The notes under the pieces were generated by a model. The model did not search any database, had not been told where the DNA came from, and worked only from the letters and a program-made list of their open reading frames with translations. Below are positions 40,502-49,762 of a stretch of 64,000 bases of DNA, piece after piece (positions within the stretch are counted from its first letter, which is position 1; every line of letters begins with the position of its first letter). Where the stretch lies: the NCBI GenBank assembly GCA_045660825.1, contig JAZREN010000060.1:30709-94708 (forward strand), given 5' to 3'. The position numbers and the translations under genes are program-made. Origin of the DNA: Bacteroidaceae bacterium. Its GTDB lineage: Bacteria > Bacteroidota > Bacteroidia > Bacteroidales > Bacteroidaceae.

Positions 40502-43500
40502 TTATTTATTGTTCACCACAACAAATTTCACGGTCTTTGTTGCCGACGTGACACCACCTTCGGTTATGTATGCCCTCACAATATACACACCCGTTGACAA
40601 AGGCTGACCGCCCTGCGCCACTGCGTTCCAAGCACAGCTATAAGTATTCCCGTCGCACACCAACTGTTCATTGTTGCTCCACATGAGCAGCCCCTGCACA
40701 TTGAACACATCAATGCGTACATCTATTTCGCTCTGTGGACGGTCGTGAACCAGAGTGAATGTAGCCGGCGCACCCGCAATCGCCGGAGCGGGATTCACCC
40801 TGAGCTCCACAAATCCGGGAGCAAGCGATGGATCCACATTGAATGTAAGCTTCGCAAACGACGAATTGTTGTACAAGTCCCAAGCGCGCAATGTCAATGT
40901 GTGTTCACCGGCATCAAGTCTATTCAGCGGCATACTTATTGTGCCACGCTTGTAGTCACCCACCGCCGGAACAAAGGCGCTGTTCAGATTATAGGTATGG
41001 AGCGGATTGTTATCCACCATAGCTGTTATATCGTGTCCAATGCCGGTACCCATAGTATTTATGCCGTTTTCATCGTATAATTCCACCACCAGAGTAGGTG
41101 TTGCATTCACATCATCACCATCGACAAAGGATGGAGAGTTTAGATACATCTTTATCTGGGGTCCAATGCTGTCATTCGCAAAATCGGTTGCAGTTCCTCC
41201 AACGACAAAGTTGACGAAATGACCTTGTGCCAACGACACGTAGGCCGTATCCACGGCATACAGGTTCAACATACCATAATCATTGCTGTAGCTTATATCC
41301 AAAGGTATTGGCATATTTATCGAGAAACGGCCGTTACGGACAGAGTCATTACCCGAGAAAAGCGTCTTGTCATAGGCTGTATATGAATGGCTGCCCAAGC
41401 CTGTATTGTCGCGCGTATTAACCTCGACAGCACTGTCGAACAGTGTTGAATACAGCACACCGTTGAAGCCCTCGGCCAACCTGCCGTCGGTGCTCTCCAC
41501 ATGTCCCTCAACGTTCAGCAGAGAGCCTGCACTCACTTGCGCCACATCGTGCACGGCATCAACGCCGTTCATTCTGTCTACCACAACACGATATGCGGGA
41601 TACTTGAGCCTCAACGCGGGGTCACCAAGCAGCACATACTGCAACTTGTTAACAGTGCGGTCACTCCCAGTAGCAATGACATTACATTTTGCCATGCGTA
41701 CAGCATCACCAACTGCAATGACCTTTCCTGTATTCACCGGCTGCATAATCAGCTTGGAGAACTCCTTGTTAATTACCGAGTTATAGCTTTGCATCACCGT
41801 GCGAGTCGTAGTAAAAAGACCGATTGCGGCACCATTGGCATTCATGATTGCCGACTCGGCAACCGAGTTGTCGCCCATATCAAACGGACCGATATCACAC
41901 GACGCCGTAACCCATAACGGCATGCGCGGCGATTTCACCGATGCCATGTCCGATGCCTTCCATACCATTTCATGCGACAGCAAGTTACTGCTTCCGTGTC
42001 CCGAGTAGTTCACCACAAGAGCACCCTTCGCAAGAGAGTTGTATATATCCTTTGTAACTGCAGGATAACGTTTTCCTGTCGCAGACACCTCTATGGGGTA
42101 ATTATCCCAATAGATACGGTCCACAATATATGAAGGATAATTCTTTTCATAGATTACGGCAATGCTGTCGGCATCCTTCATATGCTGGTTAGGCATGCTG
42201 TCATCACCGTCATCGGCAAGGAGCAACACCCTGTTCTGCCACTCACCGGCATCCTTGTTCTGCATGTAGGCAATTATCTTGTCAACAACAGCATTGGCGT
42301 CGGCCACAGACTGCGCCGGTATGCGTCCCACACCTAAATCGACCTTGTCGCGCGTATGGTTGCTACCCTCACTGTCATCAAGGAAGCCCACATAGTCCTC
42401 AAGCACATAGGAGCGTATGGCATCTACCGAGTTGAGAGACTCATAACAGAGTAGATAGTCATCCTGCTTGCGACCGGGGAATGTGAGCAAACGGTTGTCG
42501 AACCAGCTGTCACCAAAAAGCAACAGGTATTTCGGTGCCTCGTCCGATGTTGCGGCACGGTCGTAAAGCATCTTCATCAGTCGGCGGTATGCCGTGACAT
42601 CGGGTGTTCCCGATGAAAACTCGTTATATACCTGCTGCGCTGTCATAACCTCTACTGTTATGCCGTCCATTGAGCGGTGCGCATCGGCAAGACGCTCTGC
42701 TGCCGACAGGAAACTGCCGTTTGAGGGAACTATTATCACCATATCGGCCTGTGCAATGGCATGCAGATTCTGGTTGGGGACCTCGCCTAGCACCTTTACC
42801 GATGGAAACGAGCCTTTTACATTAACAGCAACAAGATTGAAGTTGACATCGGCCGGAGCAACCACCGAATAGGTTGTCCCCTTGAGTTCACCGGCAAGTT
42901 CCTTTATTGCAGACGGCGAGGATACATCCCACACCCTCGTATTGGCATTGCAACCCGCAATCTCGAACTTCGCATTGCCATCATTCATCAAATCACCACG
43001 GAAGAGCGTATTCGCGCCACGCAAGGCAAGCAAGCGGCGGAAATTCAGACGCAGATAATCAAGATAACCCACAAGCGAGTTATCATCGGTTACATGCACC
43101 AGATAAAAGGTTGATTTACCGGCAACACCTCCCGGAATCGTAAACTTACCCTCTGCAATTTTGCCAACCTCACCCGACACCACACGCGGAATAGTGAGCG
43201 ACCCCGCCTCGAATGTCGAATTGAAATCGCCATAAAGCACTGCAACCTTGCTTGCTATTTCACCGCCTGTCGCAAACGAAAGGTCAACGACAGCCGTGCC
43301 ATCCAAAGCTCCGTCAATGGCAAAGCTATAGTTTTTGGCACGACTTGACGTACTAGAAAAAGCATCGTTATCCACGAGAACGCGACCATAGGAACACAAG
43401 CTCTTCTTCTCCTTTTCGTAGAGGACATAATCGTTGTACGAGGTATACACTGCATCGTTCGTCGGTTGCAGTGTCACCTTTGGGAACTCCATTGGGGCAT

Positions 43501-44257
43501 CCTCACTTTCGGTAAGGAAATAGCAACCGACTGTTGAATAGACATTCTGCGAGTGGATATAACGACCACCGCTATACTCCCATTTTATTGTTCCGTTTGC
43601 ATAGAACAGCACAAAACCGTTTTCGCGCCACAGCGGTATTTCAACCAAGTCATCGGGCAATGAAGCCAAGCCGGTCTCGGGCAATATGTGACCGCCATAG
43701 CCATAAAGACGCACTTTTGACGGATTGGCGAAACCCATCTTCTTGAGTTCGCTGTCGGTTATCTTGTGTACGCCATTCTCCTCAACAGCAATACGCACCC
43801 ACTTGCCGACAGAAAGCACTGACGATGTCGCATAGCGCTCTGCCGCGACAGAAGCTACACGCTGTAGGCGCACCACGGGTTGCTTGTCAACAACAAGTTT
43901 ATATGAGTTTATGCGATAGTACTTGCCGTCGCGCATAACCACCGGCACGAACAGCACATCAAGCTGCGCCTGTTTAGCCTGAACACCCACGTAGCACTCC
44001 ACCACTGGCATTTCGGGCAATTCTTCTCCAATGGAATAGCGGGCAATTTCGGCAGCTGTCATCTTCTGGAATTCGGGATATTCAATGCGGGCCGAGTAGC
44101 TATATGCAGCATAGTCGGCGGGCAAATCCACGACATGAGTGCATTGCGGCAACAACGAATCGCCGCGCACAGCACCCCAATCGACAGAGTGGAACTGCGC
44201 CTTGACCACCGTTGCACACAGCAGCAGAAGAGAGAATATCAGTCGCCTTATCTTCAT
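40502..44257 (-). CDS. porU: Type IX secretion system sortase PorU (C25 gingipain-like peptidase)
   Basis: 1251 aa. It has a signal peptide, a central caspase-like C25 region (VNYSGHGS... ASCD) and its own C-terminal Ig-like/CTD. Conserved porU-porV pairing. Confidence 0.85.
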   Translation of the reverse strand: MKIRRLIFSLLLLCATVVKAQFHSVDWGAVRGDSLLPQCTHVVDLPADYAAYSYSARIEYPEFQKMTAAEIARYSIGEELPEMPVVECYVGVQAKQAQLDVLFVPVVMRDGKYYRINSYKLVVDKQPVVRLQRVASVAAERYATSSVLSVGKWVRIAVEENGVHKITDSELKKMGFANPSKVRLYGYGGHILPETGLASLPDDLVEIPLWRENGFVLFYANGTIKWEYSGGRYIHSQNVYSTVGCYFLTESEDAPMEFPKVTLQPTNDAVYTSYNDYVLYEKEKKSLCSYGRVLVDNDAFSSTSSRAKNYSFAIDGALDGTAVVDLSFATGGEIASKVAVLYGDFNSTFEAGSLTIPRVVSGEVGKIAEGKFTIPGGVAGKSTFYLVHVTDDNSLVGYLDYLRLNFRRLLALRGANTLFRGDLMNDGNAKFEIAGCNANTRVWDVSSPSAIKELAGELKGTTYSVVAPADVNFNLVAVNVKGSFPSVKVLGEVPNQNLHAIAQADMVIIVPSNGSFLSAAERLADAHRSMDGITVEVMTAQQVYNEFSSGTPDVTAYRRLMKMLYDRAATSDEAPKYLLLFGDSWFDNRLLTFPGRKQDDYLLCYESLNSVDAIRSYVLEDYVGFLDDSEGSNHTRDKVDLGVGRIPAQSVADANAVVDKIIAYMQNKDAGEWQNRVLLLADDGDDSMPNQHMKDADSIAVIYEKNYPSYIVDRIYWDNYPIEVSATGKRYPAVTKDIYNSLAKGALVVNYSGHGSSNLLSHEMVWKASDMASVKSPRMPLWVTASCDIGPFDMGDNSVAESAIMNANGAAIGLFTTTRTVMQSYNSVINKEFSKLIMQPVNTGKVIAVGDAVRMAKCNVIATGSDRTVNKLQYVLLGDPALRLKYPAYRVVVDRMNGVDAVHDVAQVSAGSLLNVEGHVESTDGRLAEGFNGVLYSTLFDSAVEVNTRDNTGLGSHSYTAYDKTLFSGNDSVRNGRFSINMPIPLDISYSNDYGMLNLYAVDTAYVSLAQGHFVNFVVGGTATDFANDSIGPQIKMYLNSPSFVDGDDVNATPTLVVELYDENGINTMGTGIGHDITAMVDNNPLHTYNLNSAFVPAVGDYKRGTISMPLNRLDAGEHTLTLRAWDLYNNSSFAKLTFNVDPSLAPGFVELRVNPAPAIAGAPATFTLVHDRPQSEIDVRIDVFNVQGLLMWSNNEQLVCDGNTYSCAWNAVAQGGQPLSTGVYIVRAYITEGGVTSATKTVKFVVVNNK

Positions 44258-44266
44258 ACAGAATTT

Positions 44267-44881
44267 TTATCTTACGTAAAAATCGAGCACCTTGTCATCA
44301 CCGATATAGCCCTTGAGGTGCGTTCCTATTGTTGCAGGGCCGGCGCCGGCAGGCGTGCCCGTGAATATCAAGTCGCCGGTCTTCAACGTACAGAAACGGC
44401 TCACATATGCAATTATCTCATCAACAGCAAAGTACATCTGCGAGGTATTGCCCTTCTGCACCACCTCGTCATTTATTGTCAACGAGAAGTCGACATTGTT
44501 GATATCATAGCGCTCTACAGGACGGAAATCGCCAAGCACAGCCGAACCGTCGAAGCCCTTGCTCATGTCCCAAGGCTCACCGGCGGCGATGAGTTCACGC
44601 TGCCAGTCACGCGCAGTAAAGTCAATACCTACGGTGATGGCGTCGTAATATCGATGGGCAAAGCGCGCGGGAATACTCTTTCCCAATTTGTTGATGCGCA
44701 CGACAATCTCGGCCTCATAGTCAATGCGACCAAGGAAATCGGGCACATAGAAATGCTTTCCGTTTTTTATGATAGCCGAATCGGGTTTCATGAAAATCAT
44801 CGGCACCGCAGGCTTCTCATTGCTGCCATCGAACTCAATCGCATGGTCTCTATAATTTTTTCCAACAGCTATTATCTTCAT
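44267..44881 (-). CDS. Fumarylacetoacetate hydrolase (FAH) family protein
   Basis: KNYRDHAIE, YEAEIVV and GDLIFTGTPAGAGP match FAH-family patterns. ATG at 44881; the track start is a TTG. Confidence 0.85.
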   Translation of the reverse strand: MKIIAVGKNYRDHAIEFDGSNEKPAVPMIFMKPDSAIIKNGKHFYVPDFLGRIDYEAEIVVRINKLGKSIPARFAHRYYDAITVGIDFTARDWQRELIAAGEPWDMSKGFDGSAVLGDFRPVERYDINNVDFSLTINDEVVQKGNTSQMYFAVDEIIAYVSRFCTLKTGDLIFTGTPAGAGPATIGTHLKGYIGDDKVLDFYVR

Positions 44882-44887
44882 CTTCAA

Positions 44888-45544
44888 TCAAATTTCTTCT
44901 GGAACATTAAGCCCCTCGAGGCGGTTGAACATCAGCGACAGATGGGCATAGAGCGACGTGTTCTGCACAACGATATTATCGGGGACACGTATGCGCAACG
45001 GCGTGAAGTTCCAAATGGCCTTTATACCCCACACAATCATCTTGTCAGCCACCTCCTGAGCACGGTCAATGGGCACCGTGAGCACACCAATCTGCACATT
45101 GTGCTTCTTCATCTTTGCCTCAAGCTCATTGATGTGATACACCGGAATGCCCGCCACACTGTGACCCACCACCTTTGGACTGGTATCGAATGCCGCTACC
45201 ACCTCAAGGCCAAACTGCTTGAGGCCGGTATCGTTGAGCAGCGCACTACCCAATTTGCCTGCACCGAAAAGGAACGCCTTGTGCATGCGGGTGAAGCCCA
45301 GAAAATCCTCGAGTACCTCAAGAAGGTTATCGATGTCATACCCCACACGTGTGCGACCCACAATGTTCACACAGGATAAATCCTTCGCAATCTGCGAAGC
45401 CACAATACTGGTCTCTTTTGATAGACGTGTCGATGACACGTACTGCTCGCCGCGCTGTTTGAGCAGGCGGCAAACCGACAGATACCAGGGTAAACGCCTG
45501 AGCGTGGGTTCGGGAACTTTTTCTATTTTCGCAAGTTGAGCCAT
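44888..45544 (-). CDS. rex: Redox-sensing transcriptional repressor Rex
   Basis: Winged helix PEPTLRRLPWYL plus a Rossmann GAGKLGSAL. Confidence 0.9.
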   Translation of the reverse strand: MAQLAKIEKVPEPTLRRLPWYLSVCRLLKQRGEQYVSSTRLSKETSIVASQIAKDLSCVNIVGRTRVGYDIDNLLEVLEDFLGFTRMHKAFLFGAGKLGSALLNDTGLKQFGLEVVAAFDTSPKVVGHSVAGIPVYHINELEAKMKKHNVQIGVLTVPIDRAQEVADKMIVWGIKAIWNFTPLRIRVPDNIVVQNTSLYAHLSLMFNRLEGLNVPEEI

Positions 45545-45639
45545 CTTTCGCGCGTGTTTTCATTAATAACGGAACAAATTTAATGTTATTTTATGAAGCT
45601 TTGAAATTTGTCGCAAAAATATTGTACCTTAGCGACCGA

Positions 45640-45647
45640 TAATTTTG
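45640..45647 (+). promoter_or_regulatory. -7 box TAATTTTG upstream of the SUI1-family gene
   Basis: TAnnTTTG match 19 nt upstream of the ATG at 45666. Confidence 0.4.
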
Positions 45648-45665
45648 TAAAAACCGTTGCCAACA

Positions 45666-46004
45666 ATGAAAAAGAACGACTGGAAAGACCGCTTGAATAT
45701 AGTATATTCCACAAACCCGGACTTTGCATATTCCACCGATGAAAAGGAGGAAAATGAGACACTGCCAAAGCAACAGCAGAAGCTCAGGGTGAGCATTGAA
45801 AAGAACCACCGTGGCGGAAAGACAGTGACATTGGTCAAGAACTTCATAGGAACAGAGGAGGATATGAAAGAACTTGGCCGCCTGCTCAAGACAAAGTGTG
45901 GCGTAGGCGGCAGCACCAAGGATGGCGAGATTCTTGTACAGGGCGATTTCAAGGAAAAAATCATTGAACTGCTCAAAAAAGAGGGTTACACACAAACAAA
46001 ATAG
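45666..46004 (+). CDS. yciH: Translation initiation factor SUI1/YciH family
   Basis: ...LRVSIEKNHRGGKTVTLVKNF...LKTKCGVGGSTKDGEILVQGD matches the SUI1 fold signature. Confidence 0.85.
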   Translation: MKKNDWKDRLNIVYSTNPDFAYSTDEKEENETLPKQQQKLRVSIEKNHRGGKTVTLVKNFIGTEEDMKELGRLLKTKCGVGGSTKDGEILVQGDFKEKIIELLKKEGYTQTK

Positions 46005-46083
46005 GAATAAATAAATGCCGTAAAGGAGTTTATTCGTATATTAGCGCATCCTAAAAGATAACAACTTTTAAAATATAAAGAAT

Positions 46084-46728
46084 ATGTCAAACAAATCAAA
46101 GCTTTCATTGGCAGCCGAACTGTTGAAGATCAAGGCTGTGAAGTTGCAGCCCGAGCAGCCATTCACTTGGGCATCGGGTTGGAAATCACCATTCTACTGC
46201 GACAACCGCAAGACATTGTCATTCCCTTCATTGCGCACACGCGTTAAGTTGGGTCTTGCAAACCTCATTCTCCAGGAGTTCCCCGAGGCTGACATCGTTG
46301 CTGGTGTTGCAACAGGCGCCATCGCACAGGGTGCACTTGTAGCCGAGGAGCTCGCAAAGCCATTCGTATACGTTCGTCCAAAGGCTAAGGACCACGGTAT
46401 GGGCAACCAGATTGAGGGCGACGTTTTCCCAGGCGCAAAGGTGGTTGTTGTTGAAGACCTTGTTTCAACAGGTTTGAGCAGTTTACGTGCCGTTGACGCA
46501 TTGCGCGCTGCCGGCGTTGAGGTTATCGGTATGGTCGCTTCATTCACATACGGTTTCAGCGTCGCTACAGAGGCATTCGAGAATGCCGGCGTAAAGCTCA
46601 TCACACTCACCGACTACGAGGCTGTGCTTGAGGCTGCTAAGGAGACCGGCTACATCACCGAGGAGGTTATGCCAACTCTCCAGGAGTGGCGTGCAAACCC
46701 ATCGGAGTGGAGAAACGACTTGAAGTAA
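46084..46728 (+). CDS. pyrE: Orotate phosphoribosyltransferase
   Basis: PRPP-binding loop VVVVEDLVSTGLSS, 214 aa. Confidence 0.93.
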   Translation: MSNKSKLSLAAELLKIKAVKLQPEQPFTWASGWKSPFYCDNRKTLSFPSLRTRVKLGLANLILQEFPEADIVAGVATGAIAQGALVAEELAKPFVYVRPKAKDHGMGNQIEGDVFPGAKVVVVEDLVSTGLSSLRAVDALRAAGVEVIGMVASFTYGFSVATEAFENAGVKLITLTDYEAVLEAAKETGYITEEVMPTLQEWRANPSEWRNDLK

Positions 46729-46734
46729 TCCGTC

Positions 46735-47145
46735 ATGAGCCAATACGAAAGTAGCGTAAAGAACATCCCTTTTCCACAGGCAAGAGTATATGCAAAGCTC
46801 GAGGACCTCAACAACCTCGAAGGTTTGAAGGACAAACTGCCACAGGACAAGATAAAGGATTTGACATACAGCCGCGACGAGGCTACCGTCAACGTGCCTC
46901 CAATGGGCAACCTAACCATCAGGGTCATTGAACGCGAGGCACCAAAGTGCATCAAGCTCGAGGCTGTAGGCTCGCCCATCCCCGTAAATATGTGGATACA
47001 GATTATCCCCAACGGCGAGGAGGCAGCCAAGATGCGTGTAGTGATAAAGGCCGAAGTAAACTTCATGCTGCGCTCAATGATTGACAAGCCCTTGAAAGAG
47101 GGGGTTGAAAAGATAGCCGAGGCGTTGTCACTCATAGAGTATTGA
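46735..47145 (+). CDS. SRPBCC-superfamily small protein
   Basis: 136 aa. The assignment rests on the predicted helix-grip-like pattern and the conserved position between pyrE and argH, and is weak. Confidence 0.5.
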   Translation: MSQYESSVKNIPFPQARVYAKLEDLNNLEGLKDKLPQDKIKDLTYSRDEATVNVPPMGNLTIRVIEREAPKCIKLEAVGSPIPVNMWIQIIPNGEEAAKMRVVIKAEVNFMLRSMIDKPLKEGVEKIAEALSLIEY

Positions 47146-47229
47146 TAGCGCCAACCAGGCTTTTGATATACAAGACAAGGCATTCCCGATGTGTGCGCAC
47201 ACGTCGGGAATCCGTTTAATACAATAACT

Positions 47230-48570
47230 ATGGCAAAGAAACTTTGGGAAAAGAACATAGACGTAAACCCCGAGATTGAGCGTTTCACCGTGGGACGCGA
47301 CAGAGAACTCGACCTTATGCTTGCACGCTACGACGTGCTTGGTTCGCTTGCACATTGCAGAATGCTCGAGAGCATTGGAATGCTGACAAAAGAAGAACGC
47401 AAACTTCTGCAACAAGGATTGTGGGGCATATACTCTGCCGCTATGACAGGCACGTTCATCATTGAAAACGGCGTTGAAGACGTCCACTCACAGGTGGAGC
47501 TTATGCTCACACGCGCTCTTGGCGACATAGGCAAGAAAATCCATAGCGGACGTTCGCGCAACGACCAGGTACTTCTTGACCTGAAGCTCTTCACCCGCCA
47601 TGAGTTGCAAGAGATTTGCGAGGCTGTCATTGCACTTTTCGACGCACTGCAAAAGCAGAGCGAGAAGCACAAAGAGGTGCTCATGCCGGGCTACACCCAT
47701 CTGCAGGTAGCAATGCCGTCATCGTTCGGCCTGTGGTTCGGCGCATACGCCGAGAGCCTTGCCGATGATATGCTCTTTCTGCAAGCTGCCTACAAGATGT
47801 GCAACCGCAACCCGCTTGGTTCGGCAGCCGGCTACGGCTCATCGTTCCCCCTCAACCGCGCAATGACGACCGAACTGCTCGGTTTCGATTCAATGAACTA
47901 TAACGTTGTCTATGCCCAGATGGGGCGCGGCAAGAGCGAGAGAAACGTAGCCTTTGCCCTGGCAAGCGTTGCCGGAACGCTGTCAAAGATGGCATTCGAT
48001 GCCTGCATGTTCAACTCGCAGAATTTCGGGTTTGTAAAACTCCCTGCCGAGTGCACCACAGGCAGCAGCATTATGCCGCACAAGAAGAACCCCGATGTCT
48101 TTGAAATAATGCGTGCAAAGTGCAACCGCCTGCAGGCATTACCAATGGACATCACAATGATTATGAACAACTTGCCAAGCGGTTACTTCCGCGACCTGCA
48201 GGTCATCAAGGAGCTTTTCCTGCCTGCTTTCAACGAAATCAAGGACTGCATTGCAATGGCAACTTACATCATTGAGCGCATTGAGGTCAACAAGGACATC
48301 CTTGCCGACAGCCGCTACGACGCCATGTTCAGTGTAGAGGAGGTAAACCGCCTTGCCACAGAGGGAATGCCGTTCCGCGACGCCTACAAGAAGGTGGGCC
48401 TCGATATCGAAGCCGGCACATTCACACCAAACAAAGACGTGCACCACACCCACGAGGGCAGCATTGGCAACCCGTGCAACGAGGAGATCAGAAAGATTAT
48501 GTACGGCATATACGATGCAATGGACTTCCAAAAAACGCGTGATGCCGAAAAGGCGTTGTTGAGTGAATAA
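47230..48570 (+). CDS. argH: Argininosuccinate lyase
   Basis: Fumarate-lyase signature GSSIMPHKKNPD. The ATG (MAKKLWEKN) is at 47230. Confidence 0.93.
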   Translation: MAKKLWEKNIDVNPEIERFTVGRDRELDLMLARYDVLGSLAHCRMLESIGMLTKEERKLLQQGLWGIYSAAMTGTFIIENGVEDVHSQVELMLTRALGDIGKKIHSGRSRNDQVLLDLKLFTRHELQEICEAVIALFDALQKQSEKHKEVLMPGYTHLQVAMPSSFGLWFGAYAESLADDMLFLQAAYKMCNRNPLGSAAGYGSSFPLNRAMTTELLGFDSMNYNVVYAQMGRGKSERNVAFALASVAGTLSKMAFDACMFNSQNFGFVKLPAECTTGSSIMPHKKNPDVFEIMRAKCNRLQALPMDITMIMNNLPSGYFRDLQVIKELFLPAFNEIKDCIAMATYIIERIEVNKDILADSRYDAMFSVEEVNRLATEGMPFRDAYKKVGLDIEAGTFTPNKDVHHTHEGSIGNPCNEEIRKIMYGIYDAMDFQKTRDAEKALLSE

Positions 48571-48641
48571 AAAAGTTAAACAGCCCGGAGAAAGTAATAA
48601 CTGCCACACCCGGGCGTTTAAATTAAAAACACACCTGACTG

Positions 48642-49163
48642 ATGAAAAAAATTGCCCGACTGACCCTTTTGCTCACATCCCTGCTAGTCATTACCGCGTG
48701 TGAAGGCGACAACCCCTACTCGAGCTACCGCGCCAATGTCATCTTCGACGGCACCATCTACCCATACAACCAGGCACGTAGCTTCGGGCAGTTCATCTGT
48801 ATAAGACAAGGGGCAAGCATAGGTGAATACAAGGTAACCGATGCCATGGGCAAGACACAGACCGTGAGCATCCCGCAGATACATCTACAACAAGGAAAGT
48901 TCTACTATGGCCTTGGCGGACTCATCATCGGCACACCGGCTATGGGCGACGGCAACCTCTGCGCATACGACTGGGCCTGCCCCAGCTGCGACCTTGCACG
49001 CCACCGTGTAGAAATAGACTACACAATGGGACATGCCACCTGCCCACGCTGCGCCACCAAGTACGACCTCAACAGCAGCGGCATAGCCATTGAAGGCGAT
49101 TCCCGCCCACTCTGGCGCTATCGTGTATATGACAACGGTTCCCAGGTCATTATACAAAATTAA
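48642..49163 (+). CDS. Small lipoprotein with a CPxC...CPxC pair, function unknown
   Basis: Lipobox LLVITACEGD. The C-terminal region reads ...WACPSCDLARHRV...ATCPRCATKYDLNSSG.... Confidence 0.5.
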   Translation: MKKIARLTLLLTSLLVITACEGDNPYSSYRANVIFDGTIYPYNQARSFGQFICIRQGASIGEYKVTDAMGKTQTVSIPQIHLQQGKFYYGLGGLIIGTPAMGDGNLCAYDWACPSCDLARHRVEIDYTMGHATCPRCATKYDLNSSGIAIEGDSRPLWRYRVYDNGSQVIIQN

Positions 49164-49196
49164 AGATAAAGCATTGTATATCTCGCACGTTTATTG

Positions 49197-49204
49197 TATC
49201 TTTG
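49197..49204 (+). promoter_or_regulatory. -7 box TATCTTTG upstream of tRNA-Leu
   Basis: TAnnTTTG match 37 nt upstream of the mature tRNA 5' end. Confidence 0.45.
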
Positions 49205-49240
49205 CACTCGTTGTGGAAAACCACGACAAAACACAAGGTC

Positions 49241-49325
49241 GCTCGAATGGTGGAATCGGTAGACACGAAGGACTTAAAATCCTTTGGCCTTAACAGCCGT
49301 GCGGGTTCAAGTCCCGCTTCGAGTA
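49241..49325 (+). tRNA. tRNA-Leu (anticodon UAA), type II with a long variable arm
   Basis: Hand-folded. The acceptor is gctcgaa/ttcgagt (G1.U72 wobble), the D-arm gtg-gaatcggtaga-cac, the anticodon stem aagga/tcctt with loop ctTAAaa, the variable arm ggc-cttaaca-gcc, and the T-arm gcggg-ttcaagt-cccgc. The discriminator is A and no CCA is encoded. Confidence 0.9.
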
Positions 49326-49333
49326 CTTTTTAG

Positions 49334-49373
49334 AACGCTAATTACTTACTTTTCGAGTAGTTAGCGTTTTTGT
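49334..49373 (+). terminator. Rho-independent terminator after tRNA-Leu
   Basis: aacgctaattact / agtagttagcgtt forms a 13-bp stem (one G.U) with a 9-nt loop, followed by TTTTTGT. Confidence 0.7.
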
Positions 49374-49762
49374 ATATCGTTTTTTGTCAACAAATTGTCC
49401 GCATTTTGTCCACGGTACTGCTTAAACATCGCAAAACCGAGCTGTTTTTACATAAACATTTATGAATTGGGAGAATGCCCAAGTCTATCTATTACAAAAT
49501 TCCGTCCTGACTTCCCAACATCCCCTGGTGTGTTTTTAGACTCACATTAAGCCATTCACTCATTTTACACACTTTTTAACTTTTTGGGAGCTAACAGCCG
49601 CATTTGACACCTATTTTTTAGAAAAAACGGCACAAACGCGACATTTTTCAACAAATTGTGCAAAGCGATTGAAAAAAGAACTATATTCGCGGAGTATTAT
49701 TCCCCTATAAGGGGAAGCCATGATTGAAAAAGAGATAATATTATTAACTAAAACCCAATTTT

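Noticed and set aside
44135-45379. A 414-aa plus-strand ORF.
   Set aside because: It runs antisense across three separate well-supported minus-strand genes (the porU start, the FAH-family gene and rex). A real gene would not ignore their boundaries.
45545-45665. A Rex operator (TTGTGAA-N4-TTCACAA type) in the rex/yciH divergent region and upstream of the fumarase and rubrerythrin genes.
   Set aside because: No inverted repeat of that form was found by eye. The nearest, ttgttaaaattgttaa at about 17975, is a direct repeat rather than an inverted one.
49387-49660. The 12-nt direct repeat tcaacaaattgt (49387 and 49649) as att sites of an insertion at tRNA-Leu.
   Set aside because: About one such 12-mer repeat within 300 bp is expected by chance in 64 kb. 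It does not overlap the tRNA 3' end, and nothing mobile lies between the copies.
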